Source of the DNA: Marsupella aquatica
Lineage: Eukaryota; Plantae; Marchantiophyta
DNA: 64,000 nucleotides
Direction of reading: 5' to 3'
Assembly (NCBI GenBank): GCA_973895155.1
Contig: OZ316891.1
Location: 27,105,254-27,169,253, forward strand
Of this stretch, positions 1 to 13,192 are shown piece after piece (within the stretch, counting starts at the first letter, position 1; every line of letters starts with the position of its first letter). The notes under the pieces are model-generated. The model was not told where the DNA came from and searched no databases. It was given only the letters and a program-made list of their open reading frames with translations. A program made the translations under genes and the position numbers.

Positions 1-1841
1 AAGAGAGAGACTAAACTTGAGGCATTTGCTGACGCTTTTGCATTGCAACGGTGCAGGAGTTTGAGCCAAGCAAACATAACATTGATGTTATGCACATTGA
101 GAAGAATATTTGTGAGAGTCTACTCAGATTCTTGTGTGGAGAGAAAGACACTGGTTCAATGAGATTGGATCTTGAACAGAGGGGAATGAAACCCCATCTT
201 TGGTTGAGGCCACATGCCCACAAAGCTGATGTGCTCTTGAAGTACCAAGCAACCTATGTTCTGACAGACACAGAGTGAGAACTATTTGTGCAGAGGTTGA
301 GTTCTTTGAAGGTTCCTTCAAACTATGGCAGTGCTTTCAAGAAGCATATCATGACTAGAAAGCTTGGTAGTATGAAAAGCCATGACTACCATATGTTGAT
401 GCAACAGGTGTTGCCTTTATGTCTGAGGGGCCTGTTGCAGAAGCCTGTTCATAATGTGATCATGCAACTTAGTGATGTGTTTTGTCGTATTTGTGTGAAG
501 GTTTGGGATGAAACACACTTCCCACAACTGACAGAAGATATCGCTCAGGTGCTGTGTGACCTGGAGATTTATTTTCCTCCCGCATTTTTTGATATCATGA
601 CCCACCTACTTGTCCATGTTGTGGAAGAGCTACACCAATTTGGGCCTGTGAGTGCTCGTTGGTTGTATCCTTTGGAACGGTACATGAAGCTGCTCAAAGG
701 TCACATGAGAACATATTACAAACCTGAAGCAAGCCTGGCTAAAGGTTACATCAAGGATGAGACTCTGGGATTTATGACCGAATACATAGCACAATATGAG
801 CATGTGAAGACCAGGGTGTGGAATTATGATGAGGAGGAAGGGGTGATAGGTGAAGTACTGGAAGGGGCTGCAACCACAAAGAACCTGACCACATCTATGA
901 GGGACTTGGCACATGACTTTGTATTGCACAACACTGTGGTGATGGAACCCTGGATACAGTGAGTGCATACATGTGCTATAATCCAGTTCATGAGCTTAAA
1001 TGTTGTGTGCGTGTGATTTTCTCCTTCAGCCTGTTCATATTTACCCAAGCTAATGCTGTGTGGTTGTTTGTTTAGGGAGTATGAGTCATTGAAGGCGGCC
1101 CATCCCACTGCAGGAACAACTTTTCCAGGTTTCATGGAGTGGATTAGAGTGGCAATTAGAGAGCATCACGAGACCCACCCAGACATGGATGCAGACGTTT
1201 ACCTACTGTCTTATGCCCCTAGCCTGAAAGTAAAGACTTACAAACGGATGAGAGCATATGGGAATCACTTTCGAGTGAAGGATGGTGATAGTGCCTACAG
1301 GGTGACAAATGACTGTGGGCTCATCACTGTATTTGAGCAACAGAGTCACAATCACAACAGGGCCTGGATGGAGATGGGATATGTGGGAGAATTAGTTGAC
1401 ATATGGGCTCTGGACTATGGGGCGGTGTCCAGTCCTGTGATTCTTATGAAAGGTTCATGGGTGCGGCAGGATTGGCTTGGTAATAGGGCTACCATGAAGA
1501 GAGACAACGACAGTTTCTTGCTGGCCAATTTCAGAGGGAAATTGCCCGAATGGTCTGAGCCATTTGTGTTTCCCAGTCAGGTGGAGCAAGCTTTCTTCCT
1601 GGATGTGGAAGACTCCCCAGGTTGGCGTGTAGTGTGTCATAAACAGGCCAGGCAACGTCGGATGGAAGGATCAAACCTTGAGTTTCATTTACACTCTCAT
1701 AGTGCCTTTGATCGTCGGCGTTCAGACCAAGTGCCTGTAGTTCATGATAGCGGGGACTTCATTCCTGTGACAAGGGTAGATGCATTTGCTGAAGGAGGCG
1801 AATTCAGAGATGCAGATACCAACAATGTGCCTGTGCCATGA
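1..1841 (+). pseudogene. CACTA (En/Spm TnpD/Tnp2-like) transposase, C-terminal part (DUF4218/DUF4216-like)
   Basis: Motifs DVMHIEKNICESL, KSHDYH, FPPAFFDIMTHLLVH, RWLYPLERYMK, EPFVFPSQVEQAFF. In-frame TGA at 276-278; GT-AG intron at about 960-1075. Confidence 0.9.
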
Positions 1842-2320
1842 GTAATGTGAATTGTTTGCATGGACAATAGTGAGGGGATGTGTAATAAAGTAATTCTAAA
1901 GCAACACAGATGTATGGATGGATGCCTGGTGATTGTGGTTGCATTGTATTATACGGGGTGACCATAGATGACATATTTGTGTGGTCCAATAGGATGGAGC
2001 AGAGTGACACATAGATGTGTGAGTATGAAAGGAAAGCTATGGAACAACGAGCATACATGAAAGCCAAAATTGCAGAACTGGATCTGGAAAAGGATGTGGC
2101 TGAATTGTAAGGGAACGATTCTCAACTACACCCCTCCGCTGAGTTTGTGTGACATGAATAGTTCAATGTGGCACTGAAATTGTGACTGTATTCTCATATT
2201 GGAATGTCGTAGAGCAGCAGGTTTTTCAAAGAAACAAAAGGAGTACGCAAGAAGGGTGACCAGCACTATATCTAGGCCTGTGCGTCGGAGTGACAGGTTG
2301 AGCAAGAAGGTCGTACCTAC

Positions 2321-5300
2321 AATGGCAGAATGTGGAGATGACATGGATGCTGCGCAAGTGGGTGCAGACACTAGACAAGAAGATGCAGATGATGAGTATT
2401 TTCCAGAGGAAATGGATGAGGATGGGGTTATGACGATGAATACATTGCAGAGCAGCCCCAAAAGAAACAGGTAAGTAGTTTTCCCAACAAGCTAGGTTTA
2501 GAGTTAAAAACTCTTGTTGAGAGGTTTCATATGTTCAGTACTACACCCTATGTACCTTGCTTAGTTCCTTGTAGTTGGTGATGTGATGCAGCGTCCTGCC
2601 AATTTTGTTTTGCCTGCAAAGCCTGTGCATGCACCATACCAGCAGGGGGGCTCACCTCTGATCAAGGTTGGCGAGGTGGTAGTAGTGGTAGATCCGAGGC
2701 TGGTGCCCAATACTATGGCAGGGGGCAAGCTCTAGGTTATGCCCGTGGTAGAGGCAGAGCAGGTCCAAACCCACAGTCTCGTGGGTATGGACGTCCACCT
2801 CAACCATGGGGATGGGAGTATATATATCTATATGCCAGTTATTTGTGAAGGCATGGCACGAGTCCTGAATTTCAGACTGCATATCAATTTTTGACATTGT
2901 TTGGGATGTATTGGATTCAGACAACATGAAATTCTTTCCACCTGCCATTGCATGCAGATTCTGCCCAACCTGATTGGGCAAATGCTGGTAATGATCAGTT
3001 CCAGTGTCCACAAGGACAGACATGGGTTGAACCAGGTTGGGAGGATGGTGGTGGTACGTGGAATGAACAAGGTTGGGAAGGTGGTGAAGGTAATTGGCAG
3101 GGATTTCAAAATACAGTACCTACAAATGCTGGAAGAGGGGCAGGTAATGTATGATCTTGTCAGCAATGGAAGAACTCATTACATGTGGAGTCCATTGACG
3201 TGGGGGGGATTCTGCACATGTATAATAATAGAAAATGTATGTGTGCAGGTTGGACAGTCGAACCATCGACTCAAGTATTCACTAATGCCCCTATGCAGAT
3301 GCAGCACGGAAGGGGGCCAAGTATGTTGGTGAATGTTCATATGTTTTCCTATGTTCCTATAGTTTGTACTTAGTTTTCAGTACATATGTTTGCACACACA
3401 TACCTAGAAAGTGACATCATCCGGCCCCTGTACAAGGCTGGACAGGTGGTCCAGGGTCACAACAATTCCAAAGTGCAGTCCCTGCACAGGCATCTATAGG
3501 CAAAGCTATAGGTATGTATGTTTGAAGAATTTTTCTTGAAGTGAAGCATTGAATGTTGCCGTCATCCATTCTGCTGTATGTAGTTCTCAAGCATGAATGG
3601 CATTGTATTTTCCCAAGTGGCTGCAGAACCCCAGGTAGGGTGATGAAGGGGTGGCCAATACAATGCCCAGTACTACCGAGAGTAGTGCACGAGGGGAGGT
3701 GACAAAGAAAGGGAACGTAAAGTTGAATGAGAGACAATGGGTGGATGTTGAGTGTCCTCGTAAGAACCATTGGCATGCTGATTTGAAAGCTGAAGTATTG
3801 CGTTGGTTAGATGTGAGTGTTATTAATTTTAAAAAACAACATCCAAAAGATTGGAAGACTGTATGTGAAAATGTTGCTGCCAAATGGAATTATGTGGGCA
3901 GTGATGATGGCGTGGACATAGGTTGCCTAGAGAGTACAACAGGTAAAATCATAAAGCAAGAGAGGTGGAGAATGCACAAGGCTTGGAAGGAAGGTGGGGA
4001 GAAGCCAGATATGCCTCCACCAGCCAATTGTGATGATAAAGTGTGGGCAAGGTTAGCAGCTTATTTTGTAATAGATGCTTCAAAAAAGAAGAGTTCACAG
4101 ATGACCGAGGCCAGGTTGAGTGTTCAGAACCCTAATCTGATAGGAAGGACCGGCACTGCACCGACAGCAAAATGTTTGGTAAGAATGAATGGCCTAGCTA
4201 TGTAATTTATGCTACACTATGTACTATGATTTAGTGTAAACCCATACATGTAAACTTTGTTTTTTAGTGTACGTTCCCTGAATAATAATGATAACTTGTG
4301 TTTGCCATGCATGTGCAGAAAGCCCAATTGGGGCAAAGCCCTTCAAAAGAAGAGTTGAGGGCTGAAATTGTGAACACTCGGGCTCAAGAGGGTGCATCTG
4401 AATCCTCCAAGCATGTAAGTTATATGAGTTCTGATTGGTAATTGAATGACCTGCATTGAATTTCAGGTGTACACTGTATATATCACATTCATTGTGCATA
4501 TATTGCCCAACATTTCATATGGAGTGATTGAACCTATACCCCTATGTCATGTAGGGAGGTGGATCTTCACTTACATAGATAAGTGGTCGTTTGAAGGCTG
4601 TCGAAACATGTCTTCCAGAGATCAATGAACATTTGAATTCGTTGACTGACTTGTTCCATGTGAACTTCAAGACATTAATGGAAGCTGTTGTGTCGGTGAG
4701 AGATAAAATTGATTCCAATTCTGCAGGAGTTTCACCATCACCACTTGAGGTGGCAAAGTCGATGCACTCTTCTGGCATGCCAACGACATGTAGGCTTGAA
4801 GGTAAGGCCTTTACAACTGTGTGGGATATGATTAGTAAATGTATAGTTTGAATTGACATAGTTTGTTGAATGTGTTATTTTTAGTAACATATATTGTGGT
4901 TGTTGTGTCCATAGAGAATAAGACAGGTGCTGAAGAGAAGAAGTATGAGAACCTGGCAAATACTCGCTGTAATTTAGAGGCAACAAAGTTGCAGTCTGTA
5001 CAAGCAACTTGTTTGACAGAGGGCAGTCAACCATGTTTGGATGAGGATGACATTGGCAAGGGAGTGGATGATATCAATGTTGGGGCAAATGAGGATATCA
5101 ACAAGCATGACAATGATACCATTGAGCCAGATTCATGCTATGTAGATCTTGACTCCATTGCAAAGATAAATGATTTGCAGAATGTATCATTCTCAATGAC
5201 AGGTGTGCCTCTTGTTGAGATAAATCCAACCAAAGAGTTAGTTGGTATGACACTCCCAGGTGGTGAACCTGCTGCTGTGACAGTCCTAACAGAGGAACCT

Positions 5301-5711
5301 ACTGAGCCTAGCTTCACTACTGTGAAGAGAGGAAGCATGCGCACACGAAGCAAGTCTGCTAGTGGGAGCAGAGCCACGTCAAAGGTTTCATACAAACCTC
5401 CAAGAACGGTGCTGGCAGAAAGATCTAAGGTGGAAGTCGGGAAAGCACCTAATGCTGAGGGACAAAGTGGCTTGTTAGCTGTTGATGAGAGTGGAACACG
5501 AGTAGGATTTGGCAGAGTGCAGGTTGGTTCCACAACGTTCCATGGCAAGCGGATTCCCCCAGGTTATTCAGTAGTGTTAGTCACATTACTAGTGAAACCT
5601 AAAGCTGTCCTTCCCATTCCAAACACAAATGATGATCCTCCTCAAAAGACACTTGGAGATGCTGCAGGTTCTTTGGTATTATGGCCAAGCAAGTTCATAG
5701 AGGATCCATAA
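2321..5711 (+). CDS. Multi-exon CACTA accessory gene (TnpA/Ptta-like, with Tnp1-like C-terminal domain)
   Basis: ORFs 3651-4205 (W...L..YF...KS.QM...R) and 4863-5711 (G.V....FHG..IP.GY..V.V......A.LP.P......TLGDA.G..VLWP) separated by GT-AG introns. Exact exon structure not fully resolved. Confidence 0.65.
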
Positions 5712-6449
5712 CAATGTCATGCCATTATTTGTTCGTAGTGTGAGTCATGTTATGTAGATTTTAGATGTCAAGAAGGAGTACAAGAATCATGTCCTCTTGG
5801 AGATTCATAGTATCATGCATGTGCTTTCAGTTATCTCATCATGCAGTCATCAATTATGAGTTCCTGTTTTGTCTTAATTACATTGATCACATTGTAAACT
5901 ATTCCATTGGAATTCAAATGATCTACATTTTTGAGCAAGATTGTGATTCTGTTTAATTCTTATTAATGTTTTGTGTAGGATCTCCTTATATGATGCTTTG
6001 TTTCATGTGAATGTCATTCATGCTATTTTCATTTCTTGTATTCAATGTGTTATATTTCTAAAGTTAGAACATCAGGTTTCTATGTATTGTAATGTGGAGT
6101 GCTCTCTCTCCTTATGAACTGTCCCTCTGTGTTCATTAGTCATGGTTACAACTTGCATGTGAACCTTATTAGTTATAAACATGAGTATATAGAGTCCCAA
6201 ATGGTTCTGTTGTGTGACCCGGGCCAGGGTCTCCATTGGTCTCTCCTGTGACACTAAATGGTCACACGCTAGTCGTTGTTGAATGCGGGTAAGTCATGTA
6301 TGTGACTTACCATGTGACTTGTCAAAGTCATATTACAGTCACGTAGAAACAAGGCTAGACTCCACAATAAAGTCACAGATCAGTCACAAATGGGTATCAA
6401 GCAAGTCACAAAGCCCAGTATCAATACACTAGTACATTTTCAGCGTTTT

Positions 6450-6770
6450 TCCGATGCTCCGATATCGCGAGAGCTCAGCCGTCCGATACTAAACAAATCA
6501 TAAAATGCATCGGAATTGTTCGACTTCAATAGTAACGCAATTTGCCATTCTTTTTGAATCGCATGTTAACCTTCCGATGCAAATATAAACGGTCCTTTCT
6601 TCCGTTAGATTTAGAATCGGATGTCTTCCGATAAGATTAGTAACGGAAATGTATCGGACAAGTATCCGATAACTGTTAAGAGGGGTCCGATGCAGACTGA
6701 ATCGGACAAGGTTTCGGAATTAAGGTAAGATGTTTCCGACAATTATGCGATGTTCATTGGATCGGATATG
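6450..6770. repeat. Left subterminal TCCGAT/ATCGGA array of inner CACTA
   Basis: More than ten direct and inverted copies, e.g. 6450, 6483, 6509, 6573, 6616, 6627, 6654, 6666, 6686, 6701, 6761. Confidence 0.9.
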
Positions 6771-7924
6771 GTGTGGAAAATGAATACTCATAACTTTATT
6801 AAGAAATCTGGTCCCTTTCATAGTAGAGGGAACATGAAATACAACAATGATATATATAATGTCGGTAAAAATAAACATATGGAGGGGTCCTACGCGATTA
6901 ATCCCAAGTTACACTAGCTAGCAAGGACCTCAAGGCTCGGGGTCCAAATCTTCAACTACAACCACATTGGGTTGCTCCTGGATGATGGATCGTGATCGTG
7001 GAATATAAGTCATGACAATGGACCACTCAGGATCATCAGGATACGGAAGATAGAAGGCCTGCTCAAGATGGTGGGGGAATGCAAATGGATCAGAGGTTCT
7101 CCAAGTTGAGCTAATGACACTATTTGCACCTGTCTTCAACCATGTGAACCCACAAGCATCCTCTTTGCAAGTTCGGTTATGGCCAACAAGGTTCATCCGA
7201 AACCATTTGCACTTCAACACCACCTCCTCCAAAGTGGTGTGTGCATGATAATGCACTGTCAATATCTCTTCAATCTTGCCATAGTGGGCCACTGTAGAGC
7301 GTATTGGATTCCTATCAGATGTGCTACTTTGTGAATCTTGGGTGAACCAACCCATGACCCCACAATCCTGTGTAGCTGCCCTCTTCTCATCAAGCCGTTG
7401 CACACGAAAATGCCTTCCCTTTGACCACATGGCGGTCCGAGTTGTCACTGTGAGTAATGGTCTATGAACCAAGGTGCAAAGGCTGTCTGTAACCAAAGGG
7501 AAGTCTGACACGCTCTCCCCTTGCTCCAACAAGGCATCAATCTTGGTCAACTTTGCCCTCATGTATGGGACAAACTTGGGGAAGATGCGTGGCCGATGAC
7601 TATTTGCCTTTTCCTCCTCATAAAAAGTTGTCCAATCTCCTGCAATCTCAGGCAAGTTATACAACATAAATGTAGTGACTTGAAGGCGCTCAGCTGAGCC
7701 CAAAAGTTGTTCTCCCTTTGCCCCTGTAAGACGGTCATCTTCAAATTCTGCTTCCCTTGATGCCTCGTCTATCCACCCCCTTGGTGCACTGGGATCAAGT
7801 GTAGCTACAATGTTTGTACAATAAAACATGCTCTCTGCTCCAAGATGACGCTCAGCGATGCTACCTTCCACTCTCGCACAATTTGACACATATGACTTCA
7901 TCACTCCCATAAACCGCTCTACCC

Positions 7925-8578
7925 CCCTGGGCCCCCAGCCTTTGTAAACTAAAGAGGTATACGTGCGTACAACCCCCTCCCTAGTACCCTTTATTATTTT
8001 TGGGAGCCTATAAAAATTTCTCTTGTTATTCTTAAAAATTTAATTTTGGAGAATAAATCTGCCCCTTTGAGATATTATAATTTCACATTTTACACCATTT
8101 ATGAAAGTTATAAATTCATCATGTGCAAACGGTTCTAAAACTGACGGGAGTGTTTTGGAGGGGTTTTGGGTACATACATTTTTGTGTTCGTGACCATTTA
8201 ACCCCAAACTTCAACTTTGGGGCATTTATGAACCACAGGGCAGGGTAGTCAGGGTTCAAAAGCTCCAAAGTACTAAACTACTCTGAATCATAGATATTGC
8301 AAGCATAATTATATGTCATATACACATGTTCCAATAAAGGGTGGCCACAAGGACCAATCCTATTGTGACGCGTGTCACATCCATATTACATCACCTCTTG
8401 AAGCATATTAACTAGGGCGACATTTATATAAGCCTTTATTAGTTAGAAAGGGTTTTTGAATAAAACCATCCCTTGATATTTCTAAGCCAATTATAAAAAT
8501 TAATCTCAAATCAGATTTTTTGCACCCTTCATCCGTTCGCACGTCCAGCCCATTATTAATAATGTTGGGGGCCCAGGG
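7925..8578. mobile_element. 654-bp non-autonomous TIR element (MITE) with 8-bp TSD
   Basis: TIR CCCTGGGCCCCCA(G/A)C at both ends; TSD CTCTACCC at 7917-7924 and 8579-8586. Removal restores the transposase sequence WMYWVE-RFMGVMK. Confidence 0.93.
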
Positions 8579-11083
8579 CTCTACCCAGTACATCCAACGA
8601 CAATGTACCGGCCCTGCAATGCCAACCTCACGCACTAGGTGTACGAGGAAGTGAACTTGGCCATCAAAGAATGAAGGAGGGAGTGCCCTCTCCAACTTGC
8701 ACAATACCTCCACTCCAAACAGGTCCATAGCTGCAATCTCATCCTCATTCACCTCTTTGACACACCCACCTCAAGAGCTTACCTAATGACCACAGGGCAT
8801 CACAAAGATCCTCACTACCCAATCCAATGATGGCCACTGGAATGACATGTTGTAGTAGACGATGGTAATCATGGGTCTTCAAGAAAGCTGGCCAATGTGG
8901 ACAGTCTGGTCCCCCAAATGCCTTGCGCAGATTGGCCCCGTAGCCCGTAGGAAACCTCATTGACCCTATACGATTGCGGAACTCAATCCGCTCACCTCTG
9001 GTCAATACCCAAGGAGGGTGAATAGTAAGGGGGCCATTAGGGGGATCAATAGATGGCCAAAAACCATGAGGACCATGCATCCCCATCTCCTCACAACTCT
9101 CTCTCCAGTTGTTGTCTTTCTCTCCGTATAGATGGCAAATCAATGACCTCCCAACGTTCCCCTCAATATGCATAGGGTCAAACAAATGGTTAATTGGCAT
9201 CTCAGCCCAATATGGCAGCTTTGACATTAATGCAGACAAACGAGTCATGCCACACCGGGCCAATGGTAAGGGATCATCTGGGTCTGTCACTCTATCCCAT
9301 ACCTCCTTCCAATAGCGTGGATCCCTTGGCACTGGTTGAGGGCATGTGTCTGGTTGGCCATCATCCGTGTCATATAAGAATGGGTCACGCCTCCATTCAT
9401 GCTCTGGGGGGAGATACTTTGTGTGACCAATGTAAACTATCTTCCGTAGGGTGGTAGACTTAGGGCGTGCCACTCCCTCCAAATCAGGACCACAAGTTGG
9501 GCAGGCTCGGTATCCTGATGTCTGCAACCCAGAGATATATCCAAACCCTACAACACACACAATCAATACATTAAACAATAGCCAGGCAAACTTTTATATA
9601 TAACATTATCCTATAGTGTATTATCTACCATAAAAAACCATGCATAATATTGGGGAAGGTATATTTTAACATACTAGGAAGATCATGTATGGTCCACATA
9701 ACGATGGCTTTTAATTTAAATTCACGAGGTAAACCACCCGTCAGCACTCGACCATCATAGCAATCCACTTCCCTCCATAGTTGTTGAAGCTTCTCCAACA
9801 ATGGTTGCAAGTAAACATCAATCTTTTTTACTTGCTTGGGGCCTGGGATAATCATTGAGAGCAGCAAATGACCTTTCTTCATGGCCATCCATGGAGGGAT
9901 GTTGTAATTTGTAAGGACTACTGGCCAAACTGAGTATGGTTGGGCCTTCCGGGCCAATGCAAAGGGGCTGATCCCATCTGATGCCAAACCTAGTCGTACA
10001 TGACGTGGGTCTGTCTTGAAGTCACCCCATCGGTCCTCCACAAACCTATTTGCAGGTGAGTCCACCATCATACGCATGGTTGGCCGATCTGAACTCATAT
10101 CTGACCGGTTCTTCGAATGCCACACCATATACTCAGCCAACTCTGCACATCGATACTGGTGCCGTAATCTGGGGATAAGAGGAAAATACCTCATGACCTT
10201 CTGTGCTACTTTTCCAGTCAGCATGTCCTCTCGATACCTCGGTTGGTCACATGTAGGACATGTAGTGGCATCTTTGTGTTCGCCCCTGAATAGAACACAA
10301 TCATTCACACAAGCATGTATGACTTCGTATTTGAGGCCTATGGATTTCAACACCTTTTTTGCCGCTTTCCATGAACTAGGCAAGCAGTTCCCTTCTGGCA
10401 AAATACGACTATGCAAGGTCCTGAAAAGATCATCAAGAAGGAGATTGCTTGCTCCATGTCTTTGCTGCAAGTTCAACAATAACATTATTCCTGAGAGCCG
10501 AGATAGTTGTGACCCCTCAAAAATTCGTGTTTGCGCATGGTCACGAGCTTCCTCCCATTGTCTAGAGGAAGAACCTTGTGAAGGATTGTCACCATGAGGA
10601 TGTGCATTGGTGTCAAATGCATCACCCATATCATGGTCACCATCCTCCACGTCATAGAACTGGTGCATAAGATCATCCATGGCCCTCTCCTCCTCAAGTT
10701 TATCTTCGGTGGCATTAGACACATGCTCAGGAGGGGCATCTTCATTCTCTGATGCTTGAGCCCTACGCCAATCACCCATGGCCTGAACAAGGTGTTGCCA
10801 CATTGCTTGTGATAATACCCCCATATCTGGTTGAACATATGCATTCTAACATTTCACAAACATACATATTATATTAGAAGGGCCACATGCAATGAGACAA
10901 GTGTTTAAAGGTATAGGCTTTTTGGTTTCCCCGCAAAATTACAATTCTCTTTACACATTCTACTAGTATACTTTCAAACCTTGATCAAAGATTGACTTAC
11001 ACAACTAACCAATTTAGTTTGAAAACCTGTATCATGTATTTTATGTTAAACAAAAAGGTGGTATATATACATATATGTCTGCC

Positions 11084-12002
11084 CTACATGGGGCGAGAAA
11101 GCAATGTTTTCTTGGGCCTATCCCACTCATAGTCACAAAACAACTCCTGGCCAGCCCTAATGGTTGTAATGGCTATAGTCATGACATGATCATCCATATG
11201 TTTTACATAGTAAGGCTCTCTAGGTGGACCAAATATCTGAATCCACTCTACATTAGGCCTAAGTCCTCTCCCTCTACCACGAGTACTATTGATGTACCCA
11301 GCTATATTATTGGAGTGAACATGGTTGCCATCAATCATCCGAGAATGCCAAGGCCTCCGTATGAGCTCATCTGGATCAGAATCCATTTGCAATGCATAGA
11401 CACCCCACGATGGGTGTTGGCGCAATAGAATGTTCCAACCTTTTGAAGTATACACAGGACCAATGTATGGAAATAGGTGCTCACCATCATAACCTTGGGG
11501 CCACGGCTTGGGCGGGACCACAATGTCCTCCAAGGCAAACACCCCAAATCCTATGTCATGGCCAAGGGAAGACGCCTTCACTATCCATTGGTGACCCCAT
11601 ATGTGGATAGGGGTATCAGTGGTTAGGCCAAGGGGTATTTTGAATCTATCAGATGAGAAATCCTTCAACACTGTCAATGCCTTCCCGGTGACATATGACA
11701 ACCCCAACCTCCCTTCCACTTCCACATAGTCCTCTCCTGGTGGCACTCTAAGAGTACGGTCTACAACTTGCTCCTCAATCTCATGAGTGCCTGGCAAGGG
11801 TTCATAACGGCGACGTTGTCTCTGGGAACGTGCTCGGGTGCGTCCAACCCTAGATGGAATTGCTACACTCTCTGGCTGAACACGGGGGGGGGCTAGATGG
11901 AGAGGGAGCTGATGATGATGCAAGCAACTCTCTTGCACCAGCCAAAAGCGTATTTACCCATAAGTCATTAGAGACCAATGGAGGAGGGGTCCTACGAGGC
12001 AC
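11084..12002 (-). CDS. SET-domain (lysine-methyltransferase-like) exon inside the CACTA element
   Basis: ORF 11084-11938 shows SET motifs in canonical order: SSLGHDIGFGVFALEDI, YIGPV, MIDG....NIAGYINS, NVEW, AITTIRAGQELFCDYEW. Splice acceptor at 12003/12002. Confidence 0.85.
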
Positions 12003-13192
12003 CTATTCAATCACAAAAAACCAACAATTAATAAATGTATGGGTGCAATGTGGCAAATTGTACATGTCAATGTCTCCAAGAGCAATTAATTGTGCATACC
12101 TCGCGAGTAGAATATCCTGGTAAATTGCCCTCGTGTCTGCCATAGTTCTCAATATGCTCAATGGCTTCCCAGGCTTGACGAACCACCATGCCTTTACATC
12201 GGACACACCAACATGGAATAGGTCCTAGAGGAGGAGGACATTGAAGCCTTGGAGGGGGGGAGGAATGTCCCCCTCAGAAGATGAAGAGGTTGAGTAAGAA
12301 TCCGACTCTGAACTCTCGGAAGAAGACATCTGTCCATCACCCATACAAAAATAACCTTTTATGTGCCATTGTGGGAATTAAATATGTAAGACCAATGCAA
12401 TAAATATAAAGGCAAAAAAAACATATAGATGTTTTCATATCAATAATACCTGAATGAGACCCACGCTTTGCAGTGCCGACTAGGATCTTGGCCTTAGATT
12501 ATATTCTAAGACAAATCTGAAATTGCTGCACAAGTACACTTGAGCTTAATTGGGGTACACCAATATCAATAATTCATAGTAATTATAGGTAATGCTTCAT
12601 AGTAAATATAGCTCACATTGTAGAGGTGGTAATACCTTTCAGATGTGCGGGCTCTCACTGTGCATGATGCATTGCAAAAATGGACCCAAAATAATCGCAA
12701 TAACCTAACCCTCCGCAAAAAGGAACTGCAAAATTCCGAATGCAAGATGCATAAGGTTAGCTAGGTCAAATTGTATTTGGCACTCCAAATTAAATGCCAC
12801 CCTAAAAATTTGGAGTAACCTTTAACAATAACCCGCAACCCTTATACATACCAACCACCTCCAAAATCATGCATGTGACTCGGGATACCATGGCTCCGAT
12901 GGTCCGCCCTATCCGTAGAACCCCTGGCCAACACATAGAACCAACGTAGTGTCATCCAAAGAAAGACCAACTTCATTTACCATGTTCTCTATATCGGAAG
13001 AGCCTTAGGTTAGTGCTTTGCAGGAGGGGTCCGATGTTCATCCGATACAATCTCCGATACAGTTTTAATGGGAATTTCCGATGTAAATAGAATTGGATGA
13101 GTAGTTGGAAGCATTTTTAGGGCACCCGACCTAAGTGCGAACGCACTTGAGTCGGGCTTTGCATCGAAGAACAGTCGGGAGTTCATGTCTTT

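Larger units (their letters stand above)
6930..12329 (-). pseudogene. CACTA transposase of inner element (Transpos_assoc-like exon plus Tnp2/Transposase_21, DUF4218, DUF4216), disrupted
   Basis: IHACVNDCVLF, RLGLASDGISPF, YSVWPVVLTNYNIPPW, DPMHIEGNV, KTHDYH, PPSFFDGQVH, DPFAFPHHLEQAFY. Upstream exon 12100-12329 encodes CWCVRC...H...YG. Frameshift near 8755 and MITE insertion at 7925-8578. Confidence 0.9.

Noticed and set aside
10016-10597. Long antisense ORFs (this one, also 45741-46259 and 5138-5548)
   Set aside because: They are shadows of real coding sequence on the opposite strand.
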